This document shows, piece by piece, positions 1 through 10,104 of a stretch of DNA of 64,000 nucleotides. The position numbers were made by a program, and so were the translations under genes. This DNA comes from an uncultured Verrucomicrobiae bacterium (GTDB lineage Bacteria; Verrucomicrobiota; Verrucomicrobiia; Limisphaerales; UBA11358): positions 3,893 through 67,892 of the forward strand of contig CAVQGB010000013.1 of the NCBI GenBank assembly GCA_963711945.1. Direction: 5' to 3'. The notes under the pieces were generated by a model. The model saw nothing but the letters and a program-made list of their open reading frames with translations. It was not told the DNA's origin and did not search any database. Every line of letters begins with the position of its first letter. Within the stretch, counting starts at the first letter, position 1.

Positions 1-2
1 CG

Positions 3-875
3 GACTTTGCGCGGCAGATCACGTATTTCACAGATGTGGCGGCGGATTATGAATCGGATTTTGTGCTTTTCCCCGAGCTGGTCACGGTCCAGCTTCTTTC
101 GCAAACCGAAACCCTTTCACCGCACGAAGGAATGCGCCGGCTTTCGGAATACACGGCAAAGTATGTTGACCTCGTCAGTGGCCTTGCCAAGAAATTCGGG
201 GTGACGATCATAGCCGGCAGCCATCCGGTGCGCGAGAAACAGCGTCTGCTCAACGTAAGCCACGTGTGCCTGCCGAACGGACTGGTCGTGGCCCAACCCA
301 AGCTGCACATCACGCCCAACGAACGGAAATGGTGGCGGATGAATGGCGGCGACACGCTGCAAGCGATAGACACGCCCGCCTGCAAAATCGGCGTGCTGAT
401 TTGCTACGACATCGAATTTCCCGAAGCGGCGCAATACCTCGCCGAGCAGGGCGCGGAAATCATTTTTGTTCCCTTCTGCACGGACACCCGCCAAGGATAC
501 CTGCGCGTGCGCTATTGCGCCCAGGCGAGAGCGGTTGAAAACCAGATTTATGTGGCCCTCGCCGGCAACGTCGGCAATCTGCCGGACGTGTCCAACATGG
601 ATATTCAATACGGCCAGGCCTGCGTGCTGACGCCCTCCGATTTTGCCTTCGCCCGTGACGGCATCAAAGCCGAAGCGGACTCCAACGAGGAAACAGTTCT
701 TATCAGCGACCTTGATTTGGACGACCTTCACGAATCCCGCAGCGGCGGCACGGTGACACCCCGCCTGGATCGCCGCTCCGATTTATTCAAATTCACCACA
801 CGATTTGCCGCAACCGATCAAAAGCAGGATACGGACGAGGGGCCGTTGGGTGACCAGCCTAAAGCGCGGTCATAA
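3..875 (+). CDS. carbon-nitrogen hydrolase family protein (nitrilase/amidase superfamily), 5' partial
   Basis: The frame is open to the window start (DFARQITYFTDVAADYESDFVLFPELV). Candidate catalytic E-K-C contexts are FPELV, QPKLHITPNE and GVLICYDIEFPE. The listed GTG start at 36 is probably internal. Confidence 0.8.
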   Translation, partial: DFARQITYFTDVAADYESDFVLFPELVTVQLLSQTETLSPHEGMRRLSEYTAKYVDLVSGLAKKFGVTIIAGSHPVREKQRLLNVSHVCLPNGLVVAQPKLHITPNERKWWRMNGGDTLQAIDTPACKIGVLICYDIEFPEAAQYLAEQGAEIIFVPFCTDTRQGYLRVRYCAQARAVENQIYVALAGNVGNLPDVSNMDIQYGQACVLTPSDFAFARDGIKAEADSNEETVLISDLDLDDLHESRSGGTVTPRLDRRSDLFKFTTRFAATDQKQDTDEGPLGDQPKARS

Positions 876-1099
876 ATCAAAATGCGAACACGGTTTTGAC
901 AGAACGCAAGCTTCAATGAGAAAACCGTGCTGCTCGTCTGGAACAAGAATGTGTAGATGCTCCGTGTTTGCTCGGCAGTGGGAACATTTCACGTTTTTGT
1001 GCCATCGGAGAGGGATTAAAATATTGTCCGCGCAGCAATGGTTGCTTAACTTTGGAAGCAACGGTCGTCAGACAATCAAATCGGCGGAACGAAATTAAT

Positions 1100-3337
1100 A
1101 TGGCATCCGCTCCTTCAGAAGTCCGGTTGAGCCGTGAAATGCGGCTGCTGGACATCACGCTGATTGGCGTCGGTGCGATGATCGGCGCGGGCATCTTCGT
1201 GCTGACCGGCATCGCGGCGGGCGTGGCCGGGCCGGCATTGATTCTTGTTTTCCTCCTCAATGGCATTGTCACGCTGTTTGCCGCTGCGGCTTATGCCGAA
1301 CTGGGTTCTTCATTCCACAGTGCGGGCGGTGGCTACCTTTATGTGAAGACCGGGTTGAAGGACCCGCAGGGATTCATGAGCGGCTGGATGGCGTGGTTTG
1401 CCTATATCGTGGCCTGTGCGTTGTATGGCCTCGGATTTGGCGCGTATTTCAAACAAGCGTTGCCGCTGTTTGGCCTGGAAAATTTGGTGACGCCGTTGCT
1501 GTCGCCTGAACAATGGGCGGCCGTGGCCGTGGTGGCGGTGTTCTGCTTGATCAACTATCGTGGCGCGTCGGAAGCCGGTGGTGCGGGCAACCTCGTCACC
1601 AGCGGCAAAATCCTGCTGCTGGCCATATTCATCGGGTTCGGTGTCTCGATTACTGTTCATAAGCCCGACTGGCATCTGACGTTCACACAGAATTTCATGC
1701 CCAATGGCATCGGGCATGTGTTCATCGCCATGGGCCTTACGTTCATCGCCTTTGAAGGTTATGAAATCATCGCGCAATGCAGCGAGGAGGTGCGTGCGCC
1801 CGAACGCAATGTGCCGCGCGCGATTTTCCTGTCGCTTCTGATTGTTGTGCCGATTTATCTGCTGGTCGCGTTTGCGGCACTCGGCGCGGCCCAGCCGGGA
1901 GGAGATACGCCAAGTTGGCAATATCTGGGCCAGCTCAAGGAAACCGCGCTGGTGAATGTGGCGAGGAATTTCTTTCCCGGCGGCGACCTTCTGATTTTGA
2001 TTGGCGGACTCTTTTCGACGATGAGCGCGTTGAACGCCACGATTTATTCCTCGTCGCGAGTATCGTTTGCGATGGGACGCGACCGCAATCTGCCATCGTG
2101 GTTCGGCAGCGTGCATCCACTGCGCAAGACACCCCATTGGGCGATCCTGGCCTCGGGCGTTTTAAGCATCATCATGGCGGTGAGCCTGCCGATTGAGACG
2201 GTCGCCAGCGCGGCGAACATCATGTTCCTGCTGTTGTTCATCCAAGTGCAGGCGGCGCTGATTACCCTGCGGAAAAAAAGGCCCGACTTGAACCGTGGAT
2301 TCAAGGTGCCGTTTGTGCCCTTGGTCCCCATCATCGGCATCATCCTGCAACTGGCACTGGCGGTGTTCCTGTTTTTCTACAGCCCAATGGCGTGGTTGAG
2401 TGCGGGCATCTGGATTGGCTTGGGGTTGGTGGTTTTTTACGCCTACTCGCGCCGGCGTGACCGTTCCTATGAGCAAATGCAGTCGGTGCGCGAGGCGGCA
2501 GAACATCGGGAATACCGGATTCTGGCCTGCGTCGGCGATCCGCGGCGGGCCAAAATCATCCTCAATGCGGCGGTAGCCGTCGCGCGCCGATACGATGCCG
2601 AGTTGATTGCGCTTTCGGTCGTGGAGGTTCCCGAACGTGAATTACTGGCGCAAGGATTTGAACGCGCGTTCAGCACGCGGAAAGCGCTCACGCAAGCGGT
2701 GGAAGATTTGCAGAGCGACGGCATTCCCGCCAAGGCAGTAGTCAAAATCTCGCATCGGATTTCCTACGGCATCACCGAGACCGCGCTGGAAGAGCGGTGC
2801 AACATGATTGTCATGGGCCGCGCGCGGCGAACTGGGTTGCTGGAGCGGTTTGCCGCCACGATTGTGGATCGGGTAGTTCGCACCGCGCCCGCACAAGTGA
2901 TGGTCGTGAGCGCCGAACGCTGGCCGGAGAAAGCCGGAACCGTTCTTTTCGCCTACGAACGCGGACCACATACCGCAGTGACGGCTGACGTGGCGGGAGC
3001 CTTGAGCGAAACCGGCCAGGGGCGGGTGCGGGCCGTGCATGTGTTGCCGCGCTCGGCCAGCGCGGCGCAAGAACAGGAGGCCAAGGCCGACCTCAATCAA
3101 ACGCTCGGCTCGCGTTACAAGGAACGTGAATTAAAGGTGGTTCACTCTGGCGACATCGTCACCGGATTGTTGCGCGAATCCAAAGATGCGGACATCATTG
3201 TGATTGGCGGCACCGAAGCGGGCTTGATCGAACAGCTTTTGGGCTATGCGCTGCCGCTGGAACTGGCCGACCGGACGGCCAAGGCGGTGGTCACCGTGTA
3301 TGAAATGCCGGCCAATCCCAAACGATGGCTGGTTTAA
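1100..3337 (+). CDS. APC-family amino acid permease fused to C-terminal tandem universal stress protein (UspA) domains
   Basis: An ATG at 1100 gives MASAPSEVRLSREMRLLDITLIGVGAMIGAGIFVLTG, a typical APC N-terminus, followed by about 12 hydrophobic segments. The C-terminal 300 aa has two USP-like halves (YRILACVGD...MIVMGRAR and VLFAYERG...ADIIVIGGTE). Confidence 0.85.
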   Translation: MASAPSEVRLSREMRLLDITLIGVGAMIGAGIFVLTGIAAGVAGPALILVFLLNGIVTLFAAAAYAELGSSFHSAGGGYLYVKTGLKDPQGFMSGWMAWFAYIVACALYGLGFGAYFKQALPLFGLENLVTPLLSPEQWAAVAVVAVFCLINYRGASEAGGAGNLVTSGKILLLAIFIGFGVSITVHKPDWHLTFTQNFMPNGIGHVFIAMGLTFIAFEGYEIIAQCSEEVRAPERNVPRAIFLSLLIVVPIYLLVAFAALGAAQPGGDTPSWQYLGQLKETALVNVARNFFPGGDLLILIGGLFSTMSALNATIYSSSRVSFAMGRDRNLPSWFGSVHPLRKTPHWAILASGVLSIIMAVSLPIETVASAANIMFLLLFIQVQAALITLRKKRPDLNRGFKVPFVPLVPIIGIILQLALAVFLFFYSPMAWLSAGIWIGLGLVVFYAYSRRRDRSYEQMQSVREAAEHREYRILACVGDPRRAKIILNAAVAVARRYDAELIALSVVEVPERELLAQGFERAFSTRKALTQAVEDLQSDGIPAKAVVKISHRISYGITETALEERCNMIVMGRARRTGLLERFAATIVDRVVRTAPAQVMVVSAERWPEKAGTVLFAYERGPHTAVTADVAGALSETGQGRVRAVHVLPRSASAAQEQEAKADLNQTLGSRYKERELKVVHSGDIVTGLLRESKDADIIVIGGTEAGLIEQLLGYALPLELADRTAKAVVTVYEMPANPKRWLV

Positions 3338-3351
3338 CCACAGGAGATACC

Positions 3352-4053
3352 ATGCAAGAACATCCTTTTGAATCGGTGCAGGACATGATGTCCAACATCG
3401 TCAGTTATCTACCGACGCTGTTTGCGGGGTTTGTCGTGCTCGTTGTGGGTGCCGGTGTCGCCTGGCTCATTTCCAAGCTGGTCGTCCGCGTTCTGCTTTT
3501 TCTCCGGTTGGACAGGGTGGTTGCGCGTTTGGGCTGGGGTCGCGCGCTGGCAAAGGGCGATGTCCGCCATTCGCTGTTCGGCTTCGTGGGAACAATCGTC
3601 GGCCTGTTTGTTTTTCTGGTCTTTCTCGAAAATGCCATTTTGATCTGGAAACTGACTGTGCTTTCCGAACTGCTGGAGAAACTCGTCGGATTGATCCCGC
3701 AATTGATTACCGCCGGGGTTATCCTGCTCATCGGCTGGGGCGTGGCGTCAGCGGTGTCGCGCGCCGTCCTGCGCACGCTTTACCAGGAAGAATTCGACCG
3801 GGCGCGGCTCGTCGCCAAGCTGGTGCGCGCGGCGATTCTGGTGTTCACCTGCGCGGTCGCCTTGGTGGAGCTGGACATCGCGGTGGGGATTGTGACGGGC
3901 GCGTTTCTGATTGCTTTTGGCGCGCTGGCCCTGGGGTTTGCCCTTGCCTTCGGCTTGGGCAGCAAACGCGCCGTCGAAACGATGTGGGAAAAGCGCCTGG
4001 CGCCGCCAAAGGATGAATCCAAGCCGAAAGAGGACAAGCCGGACGGCAAGTGA
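3352..4053 (+). CDS. membrane protein with repeated conserved TM-helix motif (CmpX/PF05552-like, mechanosensitive-channel associated)
   Basis: AGGAGA lies 5 nt upstream of the ATG at 3352. The motif is repeated (YLPTLFAGFVVLVVGAGVAWLISKLVVRVL / LIPQLITAGVILLIGWGVASAVSRAVLRTL). The C-tail is K/E/D-rich. Confidence 0.5.
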   Translation: MQEHPFESVQDMMSNIVSYLPTLFAGFVVLVVGAGVAWLISKLVVRVLLFLRLDRVVARLGWGRALAKGDVRHSLFGFVGTIVGLFVFLVFLENAILIWKLTVLSELLEKLVGLIPQLITAGVILLIGWGVASAVSRAVLRTLYQEEFDRARLVAKLVRAAILVFTCAVALVELDIAVGIVTGAFLIAFGALALGFALAFGLGSKRAVETMWEKRLAPPKDESKPKEDKPDGK

Positions 4054-5868
4054 TCATCTCCCGAACGGCCACACCAGCGGCGTGACCAGCGTGGCGATAA
4101 TCCAGGTCAACAACGCCATTACTCCGCCGATTTGCAGATAGTGTTTGAATTGGTAACGGCCCGGTCCCATGACCAGAATCGTGCTCTCATGCGCCACCGG
4201 CGTGCAAAACGCCGAGGAGACGCAAATCGCCAGACCGACCAGAAACGGTTTGGGATCCACGCCGGTATCTTTGGCCATTTGAAACGCGACCGGCGCGAGG
4301 ATGATGGCGACGGCGGCATTCTCGATGAATTGCGTCAGGATGGCGGCGAAGGCCAGGAGCGCGCCCATGATCACCAACGGGCCGAATCCGCTCAACGCTC
4401 CGACGGTGGCGTGCGCCAGCCCGTCCGCCGCGCCGGTTTTTTCCAGCGCCAAGCCGAAGGGAATCATGGCGGCGACCGTCACGACCGCCTGCCAGTTCAC
4501 CGATTCATACGCGTCCTTGATTTTTACGCAGCCGAGCAGGATGGCCAGAACCGCCGCCAACGGAATGGAAACCGCCGGGCTTAGCAGTCCCGTCACCGCC
4601 AGAATTGTCACGGCGGCGAGCAACAAAAGCGTGACGGCGGCTTTTCGCCGACCGAGTGCGGTGAAATGAGTGTGGCCCACCAGAATCAGATTCGGGTTGC
4701 GGCCCAACCGTTCCACGCCCGAAATGTGTCCGAGCAACAGCAGCGAATCGCCAAATTCCAACGGTGTTCCCATTGGCCGTTCACGAATCGTTTTACCGTG
4801 TCGCGAGATGCCCATGACGGTAAATCCGTAATCGCGGCTGAAGTCCATTTGGCCAAGCGTGGCGCCGAGGTAGTCGGAATTCGGCGCGAGCAACGCCTCC
4901 ACCGTCACCAAATCCACACTGTGCAGGGTCTGGTTGTCAATTTTCAATTCATCCTTGAGTTGAAAATCCGGCGACTTGAGCAAATCGCCAATCGTCGGCA
5001 CCGGCCCTTGCATGATTAGAACATCACCGGGCTGCAATTTGATCCACCCGGAAGCTGGAGCGCGCTCGGTCCCGCGGATCAATTCAACGACGGTGAGGTC
5101 GCTCCGCTTCCACCAAGCGAGCTGATTGAGCGATTTGCCCACCGTCGCCGATTGCGGCGTGACCAGCACTTCAGTCAAATACTCGCGGGACAGTGATTCC
5201 TCGGCGGACTCCCCTTCATTTCCCTTGGGCAGCAATCGTCGGCCATGAATAAGGAAATACCCAACCGCTCCGGTGAAAACAATTGCGGCGATGGGCGTGA
5301 AATCAAAGAAACCGATGCCAGTTCCCGTCCGTTCCAGCAGGAAATCGCTGATGATGATGTTGCTGCGCGTTCCCACCAGCGTCCATTGTCCGCCGAGTAA
5401 TGAGCCATAGGCGGCGCAGAGCAAATACCGCGAAGGCGAAAGATTTCGTTCCTTGCAGACCGCCATGATGAGCGGCATGAACACGAGCACGACGGTCGTG
5501 TCGTTCATGAACATTGAAAAGAGGGTGGACAAGCCCAGAATCGCGACTTGCAAGAGCGCCTCGCTGTGGGCACACGCGCGAAACAGCCTGCCGCCGAGCA
5601 TTTCCGCAGCGCCCGTCCGCACCATCGCCGCGCCCAACACGAACATGGCTGTGACCATGATAACGGCGACGCTGCCGAAGCCGGAGAATCCTTCCTGATA
5701 AGTCAGGATGCCCCGCCAATGTCCGTCCAGATGCAGCCAGGGAATGATGAGCGAGAGCATGACGAGCAAGGCTGTGATGTCCGACCGCAGCTTTTGCGTC
5801 CAGAAAAAGAACAGCGCCGCTGCCAGGATGATTCCCAGCGCGACATATTCAGGATTGAGGCCCTGCAT
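4054..5868 (-). CDS. SLC13/DASS-family permease with two central TrkA-C (RCK-C) domains
   Basis: The 604-aa ORF has hydrophobic N- and C-terminal transporter halves. A soluble middle carries two TrkA-C-like repeats (VLVTPQSATVGKSLNQL...IRG and VEALLAPNSDYLGATLGQMDF...GISRHG). Confidence 0.8.
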   Translation of the reverse strand: MQGLNPEYVALGIILAAALFFFWTQKLRSDITALLVMLSLIIPWLHLDGHWRGILTYQEGFSGFGSVAVIMVTAMFVLGAAMVRTGAAEMLGGRLFRACAHSEALLQVAILGLSTLFSMFMNDTTVVLVFMPLIMAVCKERNLSPSRYLLCAAYGSLLGGQWTLVGTRSNIIISDFLLERTGTGIGFFDFTPIAAIVFTGAVGYFLIHGRRLLPKGNEGESAEESLSREYLTEVLVTPQSATVGKSLNQLAWWKRSDLTVVELIRGTERAPASGWIKLQPGDVLIMQGPVPTIGDLLKSPDFQLKDELKIDNQTLHSVDLVTVEALLAPNSDYLGATLGQMDFSRDYGFTVMGISRHGKTIRERPMGTPLEFGDSLLLLGHISGVERLGRNPNLILVGHTHFTALGRRKAAVTLLLLAAVTILAVTGLLSPAVSIPLAAVLAILLGCVKIKDAYESVNWQAVVTVAAMIPFGLALEKTGAADGLAHATVGALSGFGPLVIMGALLAFAAILTQFIENAAVAIILAPVAFQMAKDTGVDPKPFLVGLAICVSSAFCTPVAHESTILVMGPGRYQFKHYLQIGGVMALLTWIIATLVTPLVWPFGR

Positions 5869-6039
5869 GGCCGGCAGCTTAACGCTTGATACCGAAAGTG
5901 ACCAGTCCTGCCTGATGTCGCTAGATGCTCCAAATCCATTTTTTCAAACATCCCGGCTGAAAATCTCCATTCGAAAAATGACCCTATTAAACGGTTTGCT
6001 TGGTCACTGATTGGTTCGCGCAAATTGGTTTCTAAATGA

Positions 6040-7455
6040 TCATTTTGCGGGCGGTGTCTTCTCAAAACTGGCGCGAAGCTGCGGCAAACTTTGCGGATGA
6101 TTTTTTTGGATGTAAGCGATGAGCTTTTCGCGGATGTCGCAGCGCAAATCCCACGACTTGGACGAGTCTGCCGCCGTTGCCAGCACGCGGATTTGGATCG
6201 TCTTTTCAGTAGCGTCGGTCACCTGCAAATTCCAAAAGCGTTTGTCCCAAAGCGGATTTGACTCGATGATTTCCTTCAACGCCCTTCGGGTTTCATCCAG
6301 TGGCAGGGAATAGTCCACCCAAACGAAAACCGATCCGAGCAATTCCGCCGAGGCGCGCGTCCAGTTTTGGAATGGCTTTTCGATGAAATAACTCAAGGGG
6401 ACCACGAGGCGACGGTCGTCCCAAATGTGTATGACGACATAGGTCAACGTGATTTCTTCGATGCGTCCCCATTCGCCTTCTACAATAACCACGTCATCGA
6501 GGCGGATCGGTTGCGTCATGGCAAGTTGAAACCCGGCGAAGAGGTTGGATATGGTTTTCTGCGCGGCAAAACCGATGATGATGCCGACGACACCCGCCGA
6601 TGCGAGGATGCTGGTGCCAAAGCGACGCATTTCCTCGAACAGCATCAGAATGGAGGCCACCGTGAAGAGACCGATGATGACGTAGAATGTTTTGCCGAGA
6701 ACATGAACCTGCGTGTAAATTTTTCGGGCCTGAAGATTGTCCGCCACGGTGATGTCGTATTTCGCCAGCACGGCTTTTTCGCCAATATTCACTGCCTGAA
6801 ATGCAATCAGCGCCACCCCCACAATCAGGAGGATGCTTGTGCCTTTTGAGAGCAGGCCGGCATATTCGGGAGGCAAATTGAGAACCGGTAGCGCGAAGAT
6901 GATGCCCACCACCGGCACGATAACGCGGAGGCTTTTTCCAATCAGCGGCACAAATAGGTCGTCGAATTTGCTCTCGGTTTTCGCTGCCCATGCCGCCAGC
7001 CGCGCTTCCAGGACATGCGTGAACCGGAAAAACAACCAGAACAGAACGGCGAACACGCCGAGATCAAACAGCTTGCTGAAAAATTTCCGTGAATCCTCCA
7101 ATCCCTCGCCCGCCGGCAGCTTCAACAGCAACGGCGTGGCCGCAACGTAAATTCCGTAAATCCAAATCAGCAGATACAATGGCTTGCCAAGCGCGCCAAA
7201 GACATGATGCTTCAATTCCTTCGCATCCGCCTTGGCTTCCTTCGTTTTGCGGCGCAGGAAAGCGGCGGCCAGTCCATGGACCAGCAGCACGAGCAACACC
7301 AGACAAATGGTCACCGCCAGGTCGGTCCAGGTGATTGAACCAAACGCCGGGCTGTCCATCCGCGTGCCAAACAACGCTCTCAGCCCGTTGGAAAACAATG
7401 CGGTTAGGCCAGAGGTGAACGTATCCAGAATATCTTTTCCAACCATTACATTCAT
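6040..7455 (-). CDS. mechanosensitive ion channel, MscS family
   Basis: It contains GIIIGFAAQKTISNLFAGFQLAMTQPIRLDDVVIVEGEWGRIEEITLTYVVIHIWDDRRLVVPLSYFIEKPFQNWTR, the canonical MscS pore helix plus beta domain. Confidence 0.9.
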   Translation of the reverse strand: MNVMVGKDILDTFTSGLTALFSNGLRALFGTRMDSPAFGSITWTDLAVTICLVLLVLLVHGLAAAFLRRKTKEAKADAKELKHHVFGALGKPLYLLIWIYGIYVAATPLLLKLPAGEGLEDSRKFFSKLFDLGVFAVLFWLFFRFTHVLEARLAAWAAKTESKFDDLFVPLIGKSLRVIVPVVGIIFALPVLNLPPEYAGLLSKGTSILLIVGVALIAFQAVNIGEKAVLAKYDITVADNLQARKIYTQVHVLGKTFYVIIGLFTVASILMLFEEMRRFGTSILASAGVVGIIIGFAAQKTISNLFAGFQLAMTQPIRLDDVVIVEGEWGRIEEITLTYVVIHIWDDRRLVVPLSYFIEKPFQNWTRASAELLGSVFVWVDYSLPLDETRRALKEIIESNPLWDKRFWNLQVTDATEKTIQIRVLATAADSSKSWDLRCDIREKLIAYIQKNHPQSLPQLRASFEKTPPAK

Positions 7456-7673
7456 GTTGTTTCTTTGACCGTTGGCACGGCGGATAATTCACGCAACATC
7501 CGCCGGACGGCGGACGGATTGCCCAGATAACTCCACAAACCGGTCGTCAGCCCGCCCGCGTTGGGTTTGAACTGCGGCGAACCTTCTTGGAACGACGCTG
7601 TGAACGGCAAACGATTCGATACGACAACCAACCGCATAAAAATAATTTCCACCTTTGGCACTTTCATTGTCAA
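7452..7673 (-). pseudogene. remnant of a trehalose-6-phosphate synthase (GT20/OtsA-like) N-terminus, 73 codons
   Basis: MRLVVVSNRLPFTASFQEGSPQFKPNAGGLTTGLWSYLG matches the conserved OtsA start (RLvvVSNRlP...aGGL.tGL), then similarity is lost. Its stop overlaps the ATG of the downstream MscS gene (ATGA). Confidence 0.55.
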
Positions 7674-7970
7674 GCAACTGTCCCGAAAATTTCATGAATC
7701 CGATCAGCGACCGTGTTCGATTTGCCAAGGTGGAACGTTCGCAGATTCGGGAGGATTCCCTGGCTGACCGCCGGGTATCCCGTCCATCAAGCTTGAAACC
7801 AAATCTCTTTAGCGGCAGGATGGCTGTGGAAGTTTTACCTAACCCCTTGGCGGGCCTTGTAATCACAAAGATCCTCCTCGTGGTTTAGAAATCCAAGTCC
7901 GTCCGGTGAAATGTGCTAAACTCACAAAAGATGAAGGTGATCGAAAACGTTCAAATCAACAGCCAGAGAC

Positions 7971-8480
7971 ATGAAACTCAATGAACGGAAAATCCACCTC
8001 CTTTTCAAGTTGGGGGTTTTGATGAAGGGAATTGACGGGGCTTTGGAGGCGATTGCCGGCATTGCCCTTTTGTTCACCTCTCCGGAATCACTCCGCACCC
8101 TGGTTGGCTGGCTCACGCAAGGAGAATTGCAGGAAGACCCGACAGATTGTGTTGCCAACCATTTGGTTGAATTTTTCCACCGGCTTTCGTTCAGCACAAA
8201 GCATTTTGCATCTGCCTACCTGCTGGTTTATGGATTCACGAAAATCGGACTGGCAGCCGGTTTGTTGCGCGGAAAATTGTGGTCATATCCGACGGCTTTG
8301 ACGGTGCTCGGCATCTTTTTGTGCTATCAAGTCTATCGGTTTAGCCACAATCATTCGATTGGACTTGGCTTGGTAAGCAGTCTTGATCTCATCGTAATTG
8401 TTCTCATTTGGCGGGATTACAAATTTGTGAGAGCGCGGCGCGGTCATCACGATGGAGACATTAAACAAATTGGAACATGA
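7971..8480 (+). CDS. DUF2127-family membrane protein
   Basis: It has four hydrophobic segments. Strings KGIDGALEAIAGIALLF...QGELQEDPTD...LLRGKLWSYP...YQVYRF resemble DUF2127 as I recall it. Confidence 0.55.
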   Translation: MKLNERKIHLLFKLGVLMKGIDGALEAIAGIALLFTSPESLRTLVGWLTQGELQEDPTDCVANHLVEFFHRLSFSTKHFASAYLLVYGFTKIGLAAGLLRGKLWSYPTALTVLGIFLCYQVYRFSHNHSIGLGLVSSLDLIVIVLIWRDYKFVRARRGHHDGDIKQIGT

Positions 8481-8585
8481 TTCTTTACCCTGCCAAAAGT
8501 TGGATTATCGTGCAGGAGTTGGTGGAGATTTGCCGCATACGAACAACCGCCTGGCTGCCATCAGGCCGAAGGCAAGGAGAATGAT

Positions 8586-9503
8586 ATGAACGAAACATTG
8601 AACCATTGGTGGGCGGAAATTCAAAACGTCGTCAATTATCCACTGATTGATCTGGGCGGCAATCAACTGACGTTGAACAGCATCGCCAAGCTAATGCTGG
8701 TCATGGTGGTGGTGGTGGTCACAGAGCGCTATTTGCGGAGACTCGTGCGAAAGCGTGTGCTGGCCCGCACCCATCTCGAACCCGACTTGCAATACGCCGT
8801 CAGCCGCTTCGTGGGTTACTGTTTCATTGCCGTGGGTTTCTTTTTCGCGTTCAGGGTAGTTCACCTGGATTTGAGTTCGCTGGCAGTCATCGTGGGCGGT
8901 TTGGGCATCGGCATTGGCTTCGGCCTGCAAAATATCGTCAGCAACTTTATCAGCGGACTGATCATCTTGGCGGAACGGCCCATCGCTCTCGGCCATCGGA
9001 TTGAAGTCGGCGGCGTGGCCGGCCAGGTCACCAAAATCAAACTGCGGAGCACGGTCGTCGTGACCAACGACAACATCACCATCATCGTTCCCAACTCGAA
9101 TTTCATCACCAACCCCGTGACCAACTGGAGCTATGGCGATCCCAAGGTGCGGTTGCGCCTGCCGATTGGCGTCGCCTACGGCAGCGACGTCGAAAAACTG
9201 CGGCGGGTGCTGCTCGAAGTTGCGGCGGAAAACCCGGTCGTGCTCAAGGACCCGGCCCCATCGGTGCGCTTTCTCGAATTCGGCGACAGTTCACTGAACT
9301 TCGAACTGGCTGTCTGGACCATTGACATGGCGCGGAGTCCGACGCGCTTCCGCAGCGACTTGTATTTTGCCATCGAACGCAAGCTGCGTGAAAACAACAT
9401 TGAAGTTCCGTTCCCGCAGCGCGACCTGCATTTGCGTTCAGGGAAGATCATGCTTGAATTCAAGGGCGACGGACGGTTCGAGGGGAGCTTGCAGCCGGAT
9501 TGA
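8586..9503 (+). CDS. small-conductance mechanosensitive channel (MscS family)
   Basis: It contains GLGIGIGFGLQNIVSNFISGLIILAERPIALGHRIEVGGVAGQVTKIKLRSTVVVTNDNITIIVPNSNFITNPVTNWS. Confidence 0.9.
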   Translation: MNETLNHWWAEIQNVVNYPLIDLGGNQLTLNSIAKLMLVMVVVVVTERYLRRLVRKRVLARTHLEPDLQYAVSRFVGYCFIAVGFFFAFRVVHLDLSSLAVIVGGLGIGIGFGLQNIVSNFISGLIILAERPIALGHRIEVGGVAGQVTKIKLRSTVVVTNDNITIIVPNSNFITNPVTNWSYGDPKVRLRLPIGVAYGSDVEKLRRVLLEVAAENPVVLKDPAPSVRFLEFGDSSLNFELAVWTIDMARSPTRFRSDLYFAIERKLRENNIEVPFPQRDLHLRSGKIMLEFKGDGRFEGSLQPD

Positions 9504-9920
9504 GGGGTCGGAATGAAAAGCGACTTTGCCAGTATGGTTTCATTTCCCGCAGGTCGCCCACGGGCATGGCGGTGGCGTGCAAATGCCGCCAGCGGCAAGC
9601 TGCTTGGGCCTGGCCACACTGCGCGATTTGCTGCGCGCCTAAATCAACGTCGCGCAAAGCGGCCCTTGAACCGGAGGAGGCTCGTGCTTTCACGGACATT
9701 TACCGGCGATTCAAGTGCCAGTGAAAGTGCCAGTGAATGGGTGATGAATGCGTAATTGATGAGTAGTCAATTGGTATTGGGTGCGTAATCGCTGGTGCTT
9801 GACAAACATGCAAAAATGCCTGATTCTATTGACGTTCGTTAGTTATGAGGCTGTTCGCCTCTGGTGGTGGGGTGGTAATTGCGGAGTAGTGGATTTTGGA
9901 AAAATCCTCTGACCTCGTTC

Positions 9921-9940
9921 GATTCCGACCCTCGCCTCCA
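9921..9940 (+). repeat. copy 1 of tRNA-3'-end-like 20-mer GATTCCGACCCTCGCCTCCA (putative attL core of island E1)
   Basis: It exactly matches 26861-26880 and 47427-47446, and copies 1 and 2 share 22 nt (TCGATT...). It reads as T-loop/T-stem 3' half, a 7-nt acceptor strand, N, then CCA. The integrase gene starts 165 bp to the right. Confidence 0.7.
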
Positions 9941-9987
9941 GCTCTTACTGCTTGAGCAGTAACGAATTAGGAGGTTCGGAAAGCCGA

Positions 9988-10007
9988 TGGCTAACGGTTT
10001 GGCTAAC
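9988..10007 (+). promoter_or_regulatory. pair of TGGCTAAC direct repeats, 12-bp register (candidate integrase arm-type sites, left arm of E1)
   Basis: TGGCTAAC occurs at 9988-9995 and 10000-10007. The same pair with the same 12-bp spacing occurs at 26741-26760 just inside the other end of E1. A second direct repeat ATTGTTCCA x2 lies at 10017-10036. Confidence 0.55.
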
Positions 10008-10104
10008 AATTTTTGGATTGTTCCAAAATTGTTCCAGTATTTGGGCGCATTGCCCGACTATTGCCTAACCGCCGGAATCTTCGCACTGGTAGGCTGGACG
10101 ACGC

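Noticed and set aside
9865-9940. Calling an intact tRNA gene ending at repeat copy 1. The spacing fits a 76-nt tRNA with an anticodon-like loop TTGGAAA (GGA).
   Set aside because: The acceptor stem (TGGTGGG vs CCTCGCC), the D arm and the T stem (CCTCG vs CCGAC) do not pair. A GGA anticodon would also need a long variable arm in bacteria. It is at best a degenerate tRNA-like remnant, so it is reported only as a repeat.
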